Origin: a candidate division FCPU426 bacterium
GTDB lineage: Bacteria > Oederibacteriota > Muellerivitia > Muellerivitales > Muellerivitaceae
Reading direction: 5' to 3'
DNA: 64,000 nt
NCBI GenBank assembly: GCA_963719085.1
Contig: CAVRAL010000001.1
Coordinates: 832,001-896,000, forward strand
Below the pieces are notes generated by a model, which saw only the letters and a list, made by a program, of their open reading frames with translations, had not been told where the DNA came from and searched no databases. Shown here piece after piece: positions 10,146-19,492 of this stretch. Every line of letters begins with the position of its first letter. Within the stretch, counting starts at the first letter, position 1. The position numbers and the translations under genes are program-made.

Positions 10146-11027
10146 TCACTTGGAGTTCCAAATGGCAACGACCGCCTGGTTGGCGAAGGTGGATAGAAAA
10201 TAAAGGTCTTCTTCATTGAAAGCCAGGGTTCCTTCGGCCTTATCGACGTAAATCACGCCGATGATTTTATCCCTTTCCCAAAGGGGCACGCAAATGGCCG
10301 AGGACAGGGGAAGGTTTTTCAGGCTTTCCCGGTTTCCAAAACGAATGTCTTGAAGCGCGTCCAAAACCAGGATCGGCGTCTTTTCTTTTAAGACCGCCTC
10401 GATGATGGTGGAACTATAGGGCGACTGGGCCTCGCCGGGCGTCAAAGAATGGGTCGCCACCGGCTTTAGTTCCCCATCTTCTTGGCGAACCAATAAAAAT
10501 CCCCTGTTGGCTTGGAGCGCGCGGATCGCCATGGTCATGATGATGTTCAAAAGGGTTTTGAGTTCAAGCGCCGAATTGACCAGATTGCCGATTTCATAAA
10601 GCGCCAAAAGTTTTTTGTGGGCCAGCTCGTCGACTTTTTGGCTTTTCGTATTGTCCCCGTCTTTCACGATGTCCACCGCGAACCGGAACCGGGTATTCCC
10701 GACTGAGATGATGTCTTTATTCTGAACCGCCCCTTCCATCACGCGGATCCCGTTTAAATAGGTGCCATGGGTACTGCTTAAATCCTTTAAGGTCACCCCG
10801 TCCATTCCCAGCAAAATCTGGCAATGGTGCCGGGAAACCAGAGGATCCATTAAAAGGACTTCACAGGTGCTGGACCTTCCAAAGGTGGTCGTGGGCCGGT
10901 CGATTTTATGGATTTGCCCTTGTTCTAATCCGGCTAAAACCGTGATGGTAATTTGGGGCCGGGCTGTGTTTTTGGAAGGATTGAAAATACCGGCTGCTTT
11001 TGGATCTTGGGTTGGATTAGAGGACAT
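10146..11027 (-). CDS. FHA domain plus GAF domain protein with no output domain
   Basis: FHA: FGRSS, VSRHH, STHGTYLNG. GAF: SAICVPL, IGVIYVD, FNEEDL. Start placed at the ATG at 11027. Confidence 0.85.
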   Translation of the reverse strand: MSSNPTQDPKAAGIFNPSKNTARPQITITVLAGLEQGQIHKIDRPTTTFGRSSTCEVLLMDPLVSRHHCQILLGMDGVTLKDLSSTHGTYLNGIRVMEGAVQNKDIISVGNTRFRFAVDIVKDGDNTKSQKVDELAHKKLLALYEIGNLVNSALELKTLLNIIMTMAIRALQANRGFLLVRQEDGELKPVATHSLTPGEAQSPYSSTIIEAVLKEKTPILVLDALQDIRFGNRESLKNLPLSSAICVPLWERDKIIGVIYVDKAEGTLAFNEEDLYFLSTFANQAVVAIWNSK

Positions 11028-11128
11028 CAAAATTCCGTTTCGGACAGTGACTTTAAAACCGGGAGCCACTATAAATTATTTTGAACCGAGGGGATAGCCC
11101 CCGACCCGCTGGGCGTTCGTCAGCCGTT

Positions 11129-12730
11129 TCAGGCTTTTTTTCGGCTTTTAATCCATTCCAGGCTTTCCGTTTTTAGCCCCTTGGCGATTGACCAATAGAC
11201 CAGTGCCCCCACGGCGGCCGGAAGAAAGACCGACGTCACTTTGATTCCCGGAAATTCCCCCTTTCCCAAAAGATCGAGCGCGAGCCAAGCCGCCAAACCC
11301 ATTCCGGCGGTGGCGGCGATGATTTTGGCGATCTCCTTAAAAATATTCGTGAATTCCAGATGAACCCCATAGCGCGCAAAGCCCCAAAGCAAAATGAGGA
11401 AATTCACCAAGGCGCCCACGCTGGTGGCCAGGGGAAACAAAAGAAATTTGGTGTGCGGGTCCGCCACGAAAAGAAAAGCGCTTAAATTCAACCCCGCCGT
11501 CGTCAGCATGTTGGCCAAGGCGGCCCAAAAGGGCCAGCGGGCTTTTTGGATCGGGTAAAAGGCTTGGGTCATTATTTTAATTCCGGTTTGGGCGAACATG
11601 CCCGAGATGTACATGCAAGTGGCCTGGGCCACCCACTGGGTGGATTCGGGGGTGAATTCGCCATGCTCAAAAGCCAATCGGCAGACCGGCAGACTGACCA
11701 CCCAAAGCCCGACCGTGCAAGGGATGGAAATAAAAAAACAGGCTTCCATCGCGCGGCTGAGGGTTTGTTGAAAGGCCCGCCGGTCTTCCGCCGCGGCTTG
11801 CCGGGAGAGTAAGGGATAAACCACGGTGGCGATGGAAACGCCAAAAACGCCGTAAGGCAGTTGCATCAAACGGTTCCCGTAATTCAGGCAAGTGACGCTT
11901 CCCGTGGGCAAAAAGGAAGCGAAAATCTGGTTCAACATCAGGTCGATTTGGGTGACCGACAGGCTGAAAATCGCGGGGACCATCAAGGCGAGGATCTCGA
12001 AAAAACCCTCGTGGCGAAGGGGCCAAGTCCAACGGATTTTTCCCCCCAGTTTCCAAACCGCGGGCAATTGGACGATCCATTGCAGGGCCATGCCGGCGGA
12101 AGTGGCGACGGTCCAAATATAGATATTTTTCAAATCGTGATCCGGGCCCGTTCCATTGTCCGCGATCAGGAAAAGTCCGGAAACAATCAGGGTGAGGTTC
12201 ATGGCGATAGGGGCCAGAGCGGAAATGCCGTACCGTTGATGGGAATTAAGGACCCCCATGCAAAGGGCCGCCATCGAGACGAATAGGATCACGGGAAATA
12301 GGATCCGGGTGAGCTGAACCGTCAAATTAAACTTGGCCGGATCGCTTAAAAAGCCCGGCGCGATGAGATGAACCAAAAAGGGGGCGAACAAAATGCCCAA
12401 AGCCGCCACCAAGCCCGTGGTGAGCAAAAGAAAAACGAAAACCTCGGAGATCAACCGCCAGGTTTGCTCGAGTTTTTCCTTTTGGAGGCTTTTGGACAGG
12501 GTCGGGACCAGCGCCGCCGACAGCGCGCCCTCCGCGAACAGGTCCCGAAGCAGGTTGGGAATCCGGTTGGCGGAAAAGTAAGCGTCCGACAAAAGGCCCG
12601 CCCCGAACAGGTGCGCGTTGATCATGTCGCGGGCAAAGCCGGTCAATCGGCTCAGTCCGGTAGCCATCGAAACGATCCTAAAATGGCGGCCCAGGGCCTT
12701 GGCGGGGCCCGCTTGATTCGAATCAACCAT
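11129..12730 (-). CDS. murJ: Lipid II flippase MurJ (MviN)
   Basis: SRLTGFARD, RIPNLLRDLFAEGALSAA and RLMQLPYGVFG; multi-pass membrane protein. Confidence 0.95.
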   Translation of the reverse strand: MVDSNQAGPAKALGRHFRIVSMATGLSRLTGFARDMINAHLFGAGLLSDAYFSANRIPNLLRDLFAEGALSAALVPTLSKSLQKEKLEQTWRLISEVFVFLLLTTGLVAALGILFAPFLVHLIAPGFLSDPAKFNLTVQLTRILFPVILFVSMAALCMGVLNSHQRYGISALAPIAMNLTLIVSGLFLIADNGTGPDHDLKNIYIWTVATSAGMALQWIVQLPAVWKLGGKIRWTWPLRHEGFFEILALMVPAIFSLSVTQIDLMLNQIFASFLPTGSVTCLNYGNRLMQLPYGVFGVSIATVVYPLLSRQAAAEDRRAFQQTLSRAMEACFFISIPCTVGLWVVSLPVCRLAFEHGEFTPESTQWVAQATCMYISGMFAQTGIKIMTQAFYPIQKARWPFWAALANMLTTAGLNLSAFLFVADPHTKFLLFPLATSVGALVNFLILLWGFARYGVHLEFTNIFKEIAKIIAATAGMGLAAWLALDLLGKGEFPGIKVTSVFLPAAVGALVYWSIAKGLKTESLEWIKSRKKA

Positions 12731-12732
12731 TC

Positions 12733-12761
12733 TTGACAGCCCCTTTTGCTTCGTTTAGGAT
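12733..12761 (+). promoter_or_regulatory. Sigma70-type promoter for rpsT
   Basis: TTGACA, 17 nt spacer, TAGGAT, upstream of rpsT. Confidence 0.65.
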
Positions 12762-12801
12762 AACCGTCCTATTATCACCAGTAATACCTGAAAGGAATTC
12801 A

Positions 12802-13065
12802 ATGCCGATCATTAAGTCGTCGATTAAAGATGTCCGCCGGATCAAGCGCCGCACGGCCCGGAACTCCGCCGAGAAGAACAAAATCCGCACTGTGGTGAAG
12901 GCTGTCCGCGCCGCGAAAACCGCCGAAGAAGCCCTGGCGAAGTTGAAGATCGCCATGAAAACCCTGGATACGGCCAGTTCCAACGGGATCCTCAAGCGCC
13001 AAACCGCTTCCCGGAACGTCGCCCGTCTTTCTTCCTTCGTTCACAAGAAGTTCAAGAGCAAGTAA
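12802..13065 (+). CDS. rpsT: 30S ribosomal protein S20
   Basis: MPIIKSSIKDVRRIKRRTARN...GILKRQTASRNVARL; basic, 87 aa; AAGGA SD; usual position next to murJ/holA. Confidence 0.95.
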   Translation: MPIIKSSIKDVRRIKRRTARNSAEKNKIRTVVKAVRAAKTAEEALAKLKIAMKTLDTASSNGILKRQTASRNVARLSSFVHKKFKSK

Positions 13066-14100
13066 TTATTGCCCGTTGGCCGCCAAGGCGGCCAACGGAT
13101 TTTTACCCCACTTCACGATCCACCATTCCAAAAGGGTGGATAAGCCGGTCTTCCCAATCCGTCCCACGACTAACCCCGCTTGAATCCGGATTAAATCATT
13201 CATCGCCGCTTTAAGTTCCTCGCTGGAATATTGGCCGGCCTGTTCCCACAAACTTTTAACCCGGAAAGGGTGCAGTCCCAGCCGCTGGGCCATGTCCCCT
13301 TGGCTCAACCCTTCCGCCTTCCCCGCCGCCAGGCCCAAAAGGTCCCGCATCCTTTGATACATCATGAACACGATCCCGTTTTCGGATCCGGGCGCCATTT
13401 CGTGGAAGGACTGGATGGCTTTTTCGGTCCGGCGAAAGCCGACGGCGTCCAAAAAGGGAAAAATCTCGGCTTCGGTCCCGGGAATGGGAAGATCCAAAAT
13501 ATCCCGGAGCGTGGGTTTCTTCGCGGGCAGGATAAAAACGGATAAATGCTCCAAGGCCCGGCTTAAGTAGGCCATGTCGGTTCCCGTTTTTTGGATCAGC
13601 GCCTGGCAGGCTTCCTCGTTGATTTCAAGGCCCATCTCCTTGGCTTGCTGGCGGACCCAGGGGACCAATTTCCAATCCGGAATATCGGAGCATTGGACTG
13701 CCCAGCCTTTTTTCTCGAGATAGGCGACAATTTTGGAAGTTTTACGCAATCCGTTGGCCGTGAAAACCAGGGTGGAGTCCGGGCTGGGATTCTCGAAATA
13801 ATCGCTTAAACGGCTCAGCGCGGAGTCGGACCGGCCGCCCAAGGCTTTTTCCGCGTTGCGCAGGACCAACAGCTGTTGATTGGCGAACAAGGACGCCGTT
13901 TGCGCGCTGGACAAAAGCTCCGCGAACTGGGCTTCCCCGCTCTCAAAAACATTCACGGTGCCCTGCGGGAATTTGGACTTAAAGGCTTTTTTGAGATGGT
14001 TGTACCCTTCCGAAACCACGCCTTCGGAATCCCCGTAAAAAAGAACGGCCGCAGGCCAAACGCCTTTGGCGAGTTTTTGAATGTACTCATCGAAGTACAT
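13066..14100 (-). CDS. holA: DNA polymerase III subunit delta
   Basis: LFYGD, SLFANQQLLVL and LGLHPFRV motifs; leuS-lptE-holA-rpsT synteny. Confidence 0.85.
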   Translation of the reverse strand: MYFDEYIQKLAKGVWPAAVLFYGDSEGVVSEGYNHLKKAFKSKFPQGTVNVFESGEAQFAELLSSAQTASLFANQQLLVLRNAEKALGGRSDSALSRLSDYFENPSPDSTLVFTANGLRKTSKIVAYLEKKGWAVQCSDIPDWKLVPWVRQQAKEMGLEINEEACQALIQKTGTDMAYLSRALEHLSVFILPAKKPTLRDILDLPIPGTEAEIFPFLDAVGFRRTEKAIQSFHEMAPGSENGIVFMMYQRMRDLLGLAAGKAEGLSQGDMAQRLGLHPFRVKSLWEQAGQYSSEELKAAMNDLIRIQAGLVVGRIGKTGLSTLLEWWIVKWGKNPLAALAANGQ

Positions 14101-14123
14101 GGAAATTCCTTTTCGCTATCCGG

Positions 14124-14972
14124 TTAAGGAATATTTCGCGGGATGGGCTGGCTTGAAACCGGCGTACTCATGGGAAAAGCGCCCGGGATCGACATCGCTC
14201 CCGCGGACTGCGCGGCGGCGGCCGCGGCGGGCGACAGGGTGGCGATCGGGGAGGGGGGCTGCAGGGGCTGGTCCTTCACGTAAAAAAAGGTGATTCCCAC
14301 CAACTGTCCGTCCACGCTGGTCCTAAAAGAATAAAGCCCCGTGTCTTTCGGCAGGCCGGTTTGGCCAAATTCGCTGTGCAAATGATCCATCCCCAGGGTC
14401 AGGGTGGTTAAAAACCATTGATAGGTTTCATCCTGGATCGTGAGCAGCCGATCCACGAAGCTGACCCGGTACTCCTGGTCGTATTTGGCGATTTGAATTC
14501 CCGAGGGATTAAAGCACTCCACCGTAACCGTATGGATGCGGCTCGCGGGCTTGATGAGGAAATAAAGATAAAAACAGACCTGGTCGTTTTTATTCAAATA
14601 AAAATAGTTGACGCTGTCGTTGGGATAATCGTTCACGATTTTGGTGCAGGTGATCATGTGGCTGATGATGATGCCTTGATCGCCGGAGGCGCCGGAAACC
14701 GGCGCGGCGGCCGGGGCGTCCTTGACCGTGGTATTCACGCCCGAGTCCAGGGTGTTTTTAGGCACGCTGCCGGTGATCCATTGCAAGTCGGCATGGGCCG
14801 TCGATACTAGTCCCGACAGGATGAAGAAAAACAACCCCAATCCCGTCTTAAAACCGGTTTTACCGCCAAGGCGCCAAGGCGCCAAGGAAGACCCTAAATC
14901 TTTTTTGGGTTTTAATATTAAAAGCATTCCTTGGCGTCTTGGCGTCTTGGCGGTGAAAATTTGATTTTTCAT
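14124..14972 (-). CDS. Hypothetical exported protein whose signal-peptide n-region contains a family A palindromic element
   Basis: ATG at 14972 with a GGAAGGGA SD just after the lptE stop; h-region GLGLFFFILSGLVSTAHA-D. Confidence 0.75.
   Translation of the reverse strand: MKNQIFTAKTPRRQGMLLILKPKKDLGSSLAPWRLGGKTGFKTGLGLFFFILSGLVSTAHADLQWITGSVPKNTLDSGVNTTVKDAPAAAPVSGASGDQGIIISHMITCTKIVNDYPNDSVNYFYLNKNDQVCFYLYFLIKPASRIHTVTVECFNPSGIQIAKYDQEYRVSFVDRLLTIQDETYQWFLTTLTLGMDHLHSEFGQTGLPKDTGLYSFRTSVDGQLVGITFFYVKDQPLQPPSPIATLSPAAAAAAQSAGAMSIPGAFPMSTPVSSQPIPRNIP
14858..14959. repeat. Family A palindromic element, in frame within a CDS
   Basis: ttttaccgccaaggcgccaaggcgccaagg ... ccttggcgtcttggcgtcttggcggtgaaaa. 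Confidence 0.92.
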
Positions 14973-14976
14973 TTTA

Positions 14977-15642
14977 TTAATTCCCTTCCAAAACGCGCCG
15001 GACCAGGGTCCGGCATAATTCTTCGGCCATTTGGGCCTGGGCCTGCGGGTCCGTTTGCGTGATCGCCCCCACATATTGGGACGTGTAGTAAAAGTAGCTG
15101 TGGATCTTATCCTTGTCTTCCACCAGGGTCCGTTTTTGTTTTTGGTCGATCGCGTCCAAGTCATAGGTGATCGTGATCCGGTATTGAAGCACCAAATTAG
15201 TCTTCGGATCGAACAACATGGGAATCTCATCGAACTTTTTAATGTCGAGATTGACCACCAAATCCGCGCCGGCCGGATTCGAGATGGGGATCCGGCCGTC
15301 CACTTGAAAAGCTTGGATCAATTGACTTGTCATGAGGGTATCCAGGCCGTATTCGCTTGTCTCATTTTGCACCGGAGAGACCCCCACGGATTGGATGTAA
15401 GACGGCACGATCATAACCGCGGGCGCGCATCCACCCAGGCCAAAGATGGTTAGGGCTAGGGTCAGGACAAGCGTTGGTTTCAAGAAAAATGAAAAAATAA
15501 AATTTTTACCGCCGGGACGCCAAGGCGCCAAGGACGGCATATGTTTTTTGGGATTTATCATCATCTCATTCCAATGATTTTCTTGGCGTCTTAGCGTCTT
15601 GGCGGTGAAATGATTTTTTAAGCGGCTTTTTGTCTTTCGCAT
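14977..15642 (-). CDS. lptE: LptE-family lipoprotein with an extended N-terminus containing a family A element
   Basis: Lipobox LGGC; LptE-like segment VQNETSEYGLDTLMT...QYRITIT; lies between leuS and holA. The start is uncertain: ATG at 15642 directly after the leuS stop, or a later ATG/TTG. Confidence 0.75.
   Translation of the reverse strand: MRKTKSRLKNHFTAKTLRRQENHWNEMMINPKKHMPSLAPWRPGGKNFIFSFFLKPTLVLTLALTIFGLGGCAPAVMIVPSYIQSVGVSPVQNETSEYGLDTLMTSQLIQAFQVDGRIPISNPAGADLVVNLDIKKFDEIPMLFDPKTNLVLQYRITITYDLDAIDQKQKRTLVEDKDKIHSYFYYTSQYVGAITQTDPQAQAQMAEELCRTLVRRVLEGN
15503..15610. repeat. Family A palindromic element, in frame within the 5' end of lptE
   Basis: tttttaccgccgggacgccaaggcgccaagg ... 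tcttggcgtcttagcgtcttggcggtgaaa. Confidence 0.9.
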
Positions 15643-15643
15643 T

Positions 15644-18124
15644 TCAACCCACGATGAAGTTGGCCAATTTATCCTTGACCCAAATCATTTTTTTAATTTT
15701 CGCTTCTTCCACAAACTGCCCCACCTTGGCGTCTTTCAAAATCTCAAGCCGGGCCGCCGTCTCACCCAATCCCACGGCCAGTTCCAGCCGGGCCTTGAGC
15801 TTGCCGTTGACCTGGATCGCGATTTCGACCCGATCCGCCGTCAACCACTGGGAATCAAACTGGGGCCAGCCGGAGTCCATCAGACTCTTGGCATGACCCA
15901 GGCGGTTCCACATTTCTTCCGCGATGTGGGGTGTAAAGGGCCCCAGCAAACGGATCAAGGCTTCCAAGGCTTCCCGGATCAAAGGCGTCTTGGCTTCCGG
16001 GCTTTCCTTGTAGATATAGAGCAAATTGACCAGCTCCATCATAGCGCTGATGGCCGTATTAAACTTAAATCCCCCGGTCATATCCTGGGAAACTTTTTGG
16101 ATGGTTTGGTGGGTTTTACGGCGGATTTCCTTGTCCGCTTCCGAAAGCCCTTCGGCGGAGGGGGCGGCCGCTGAGGTTTTGTAGTCCCCTCTTTCCAAAA
16201 GCTCCGTGAACAGGCGCCAGACCCGGCTCAAAAACCGGAAAGAACCGTCCACGGCCCGGTCATCCCACTCGGCGTCCCGCTCGGGGGGGCCGATGAACAA
16301 CGTGTAAAGCCGGAAGGTATCCGATCCGTATTTTTCAATCAGCTCATCGGGTTGAACCGAGTTGCCTTTGCTTTTGGACATCTTGACCCCGCCCTTGGTG
16401 ATCATGCCCTGGGTGAAAAGCTTTTTGAAGGGTTCGTCGAAGTTAATGATGCCGATATCTTTCAGGACCTTGGTGATGAAGCGGGAATAAAGCAGGTGCA
16501 GGATCGCGTGCTCCACGCCGCCGATGTACTGATCCACCGGCAGCCACTCATTGGCGGTCTTGGAATCAAAGGCCTCTTTGTCGTTGTGGGCCGAGATGTA
16601 GCGTAAAAAATACCAACTGGAATCCACGAAGGTGTCCATGGTGTCGGTTTCCCGTTTCGCCGGTCCCGCGCATTGGGGGCAAGCCACATTGACGAAACTG
16701 GGGACGCTTTTCAGGGGCGATTCCCCGGTGGGTTTAAACTCGACGTCGCGGGGCAGGCGCACCGGCAGGTCTTTTTCGGGCACCGGAACCCAGCCGCATT
16801 TTTCGCAGTGGATCATCGGAATCGGCGCGCCCCAATAGCGTTGGCGGGAAATGAGCCAGTCCCGGAGGCGGTAATTGATCGAGCCTTTTCCGCAGGATTT
16901 TTCCTCGAGCCACTCAATCATCCGCGCTTTGGACTTTTCGACATTGAGGCCGTTTAAAAAATCCGAGCCCATCAACAAACCGTCCTCAGTGTGGGCTTCC
17001 TTCAAGTCGGCGCTTTTGTCGCCGTTGGGCCCCTCGATGACCCGGACGACGGGAATTTTATATTTTTGGGCGAAGGCGAAGTCCCGGGTGTCGTGGGCCG
17101 GCACGGCCATGATGGCGCCGGTCCCGTAATTCATGAGCACGTAATTGGCGATATAGATGGGAATTAATTTTCCGTTGACCGGATTGACGGCTTGGCGGCC
17201 CGTATCAACTCCCAGTTTATCCCCCGTCTCCCCAATGCGCTCCAAGGAGCTGAGTTTGCGCGCGTTAGCGGCGAAGGCCTTGATCTCTTTTTCCGTGGGA
17301 CTTCCGGCGGCCAGGCGTTCCACCAAAGGATGCTCGGGGGCCAGCACCATGTAAGTGGCGCCAAAAAGGGTGTCGGGCCGGGTGGTGAAAACCGTGACCT
17401 TGGCGTCCATCCCCTCGACTTTAAAATCAACCTCGGCGCCCTGGCTTCGGCCGATCCAGTTGCGCTGCATGGTCTTCACGCGGTCGGGCCAATGGTCCAA
17501 ACGGTCCAAATCGCTCAACAAGCGGTCGCCATATTCGGTGATTTTAAAGAACCATTGTTCCAGGTCCTTTTGTTCCACGAGGGAGTCACAGCGCTCGCAC
17601 CGGCCGTCGATGACCTGCTCATTGGCCAAAACGGTCATGTCGGTGGGGCACCAATTCACGTTGGCTTTTTTGCGGTAGGCCAGCCCCCGCTCGTAAAGTT
17701 TGAGGAAAATCCATTGGGTCCAGCGGTAATAGTCGGGCAGGCAGGAAACCACTTCTTTGTCCCAATCATAGCCCATGCCCCAATCGTAAAATTGGCCCTT
17801 CATGCGTTCGATGTTTTTCAGCGTCCAATCTTCCGGATGGATCCCCTTTTTGATGGCGGTGTTCTCGGCGGGCAGTCCAAAAGCGTCAAAGCCCATGGGA
17901 TTCAGGACATTGTGGCCTTGGGACCGGAAGTAGCGGAAAACCGCGTCGCCGATGATGTAGTTGCGGCCGTGGCCGGCGTGAAGAAAATCCCCCGAAGGAT
18001 AAGGAAACATGACCAGGGTGTAATATTTATCGGCGGGTTTGCTCAGGTCACAATAAAAACTATTCTGGTCTTTCCAGAATTTTTTCCAGCGCTGTTCAAT
18101 CTCCGCGAAATTGTAGGCTTCCAT
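15644..18124 (-). CDS. leuS: Leucine--tRNA ligase
   Basis: [31 protein letters not shown] and KMSKS. Confidence 0.97.
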   Translation of the reverse strand: MEAYNFAEIEQRWKKFWKDQNSFYCDLSKPADKYYTLVMFPYPSGDFLHAGHGRNYIIGDAVFRYFRSQGHNVLNPMGFDAFGLPAENTAIKKGIHPEDWTLKNIERMKGQFYDWGMGYDWDKEVVSCLPDYYRWTQWIFLKLYERGLAYRKKANVNWCPTDMTVLANEQVIDGRCERCDSLVEQKDLEQWFFKITEYGDRLLSDLDRLDHWPDRVKTMQRNWIGRSQGAEVDFKVEGMDAKVTVFTTRPDTLFGATYMVLAPEHPLVERLAAGSPTEKEIKAFAANARKLSSLERIGETGDKLGVDTGRQAVNPVNGKLIPIYIANYVLMNYGTGAIMAVPAHDTRDFAFAQKYKIPVVRVIEGPNGDKSADLKEAHTEDGLLMGSDFLNGLNVEKSKARMIEWLEEKSCGKGSINYRLRDWLISRQRYWGAPIPMIHCEKCGWVPVPEKDLPVRLPRDVEFKPTGESPLKSVPSFVNVACPQCAGPAKRETDTMDTFVDSSWYFLRYISAHNDKEAFDSKTANEWLPVDQYIGGVEHAILHLLYSRFITKVLKDIGIINFDEPFKKLFTQGMITKGGVKMSKSKGNSVQPDELIEKYGSDTFRLYTLFIGPPERDAEWDDRAVDGSFRFLSRVWRLFTELLERGDYKTSAAAPSAEGLSEADKEIRRKTHQTIQKVSQDMTGGFKFNTAISAMMELVNLLYIYKESPEAKTPLIREALEALIRLLGPFTPHIAEEMWNRLGHAKSLMDSGWPQFDSQWLTADRVEIAIQVNGKLKARLELAVGLGETAARLEILKDAKVGQFVEEAKIKKMIWVKDKLANFIVG

Positions 18125-18183
18125 TCCCTATTCCTCTTTCCCGACCGGGACGAAATTATAAAGCATTTTTTTGGAAAAACGCG

Positions 18184-18936
18184 TCAATTCACCCAATGGC
18201 GGCGCGAGAGAAAAACCACCAGGATCGTGAAAAAACTCCAACAACAGAAAAGCTCGAACCAGAGGGGGCCCGGAACCTTGGCGAAGGCTTCCAGGACCGT
18301 GGACAACCAAGGGGAGTTGTCCTGCTCGGCCTTGAGCAGTTTTCCCCAAGCGTCCGCGCTGAGGTAAAAATCAACGACGAACCAAAGCTGCAGCGGTGTC
18401 ACGGTCCAAACCGTGCTTTTGGAACCGCTTAAAAAAGAGGCGCCGCAGACGAAAAAGGCCAGCCCGGATAAAATCCAATAACAGAGTGAAAAGGGCGGGC
18501 CCAGGGGATGGCCCAACACAATGACCTGGCCGCAAAAGGTCCATCCGCAGAAAAAAACGAAAGCCAGCGTGATCTCGCCCATGCCGGCCAAAAGGACGTA
18601 ATCATTCAGCTTGAATTTCGGATGGATGATCTTGATGTCCGCCACCACATGGGCGGACGAGGAGGTCAGATAACGGATCCCCAGGCAAAATTCCCCCAGC
18701 GTGGGATTCAGGTGCTCCCGGCACCAAAGCAGCTCGGCCACCAGCAGGATGAGAAACGACGAGCTCCAGTAACTTTGCCATCCAAAGGTGAAGCAGACGA
18801 TCCAGGCGAAAAAAGACGAGATCAAGACATCCAAATAAAGGCTGGCCAGGCGCCTCAAGGCGGAAGGTTTGGCCGCGGGTTCGCGGCCTCCCGGGGTGGG
18901 CGCGCCCGCGGCGCCGGTTGCCGTGGATCCGCTCAT
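18184..18936 (-). CDS. Membrane protein with an RDD-like N-terminus
   Basis: RRLASLYLD and TLGEFCLGIR; several TM segments; overlaps the upstream stop codon. Confidence 0.6.
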   Translation of the reverse strand: MSGSTATGAAGAPTPGGREPAAKPSALRRLASLYLDVLISSFFAWIVCFTFGWQSYWSSSFLILLVAELLWCREHLNPTLGEFCLGIRYLTSSSAHVVADIKIIHPKFKLNDYVLLAGMGEITLAFVFFCGWTFCGQVIVLGHPLGPPFSLCYWILSGLAFFVCGASFLSGSKSTVWTVTPLQLWFVVDFYLSADAWGKLLKAEQDNSPWLSTVLEAFAKVPGPLWFELFCCWSFFTILVVFLSRRHWVN

Positions 18937-19418
18937 GGGTGCCCCAGATTGAGCAGCATGGCGATTTCATCGCAGTCGGAAAACTTGGTGCAATGGACGC
19001 AATCGCCCCATATTTTTTGGGGAAGCGTCAGTTTCTCGACCTGTTGAAAGCCGAGTTTATTGAAAAAAGCGGTTTGATAGGTCAGGGCGAAAATCCGGTT
19101 CAGCCGCATTTCATTCGCGTCCTCAATACAGGCGGTCATCAGGCGTTTGCCGATCCCCTTGCCAATCAGGGATTCTTCCACGGCCAAGGAACGGACTTCG
19201 GCCAAATCCTCGCCGACCGGATGAAGCGCCACCACGCCCTTGACGACCGTGGGTTCGCCCTCGGATGCTTCCAGGGCCACATGGAAGTCCCGGATCTTCT
19301 CGATGATCTGCGAGAAAGGCCGTGGCAACATGAGTCCCTTGGAGGAATAGAAACCGATCAAATTGAGAATGGAACGGGTATCGGAAGGCCGGGCCCGCCG
19401 GTATGTGATTGCGTTCAT
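18933..19418 (-). CDS. GNAT N-acetyltransferase, short ArgA-like (putative N-acetylglutamate synthase)
   Basis: GLMLPR, LAEVRSLAV, GIGKRL, IFALTY and LPQKIWGDCVHC...CDEIAM. Confidence 0.8.
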   Translation of the reverse strand: MNAITYRRARPSDTRSILNLIGFYSSKGLMLPRPFSQIIEKIRDFHVALEASEGEPTVVKGVVALHPVGEDLAEVRSLAVEESLIGKGIGKRLMTACIEDANEMRLNRIFALTYQTAFFNKLGFQQVEKLTLPQKIWGDCVHCTKFSDCDEIAMLLNLGHP

Positions 19419-19432
19419 GGTCGCTTTATAAT

Positions 19433-19473
19433 AAAAAAGCTGGCTCCCCAAACCAAGGGAAACCAGCCTTTTT
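19433..19473 (-). terminator. Rho-independent terminator, possibly bidirectional
   Basis: aaaaaagctggctccc-caaaccaa-gggaaaccagccttttt downstream of the 19493 gene. Confidence 0.6.
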
Positions 19474-19492
19474 AAATTATTTGTTTAAACTT

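Noticed and set aside
14973..15230. 5' extension of ORF 14124..15230 in the ORF track
   Set aside because: It overlaps lptE in another frame; the ATG at 14972 has a good SD and gives a signal peptide.
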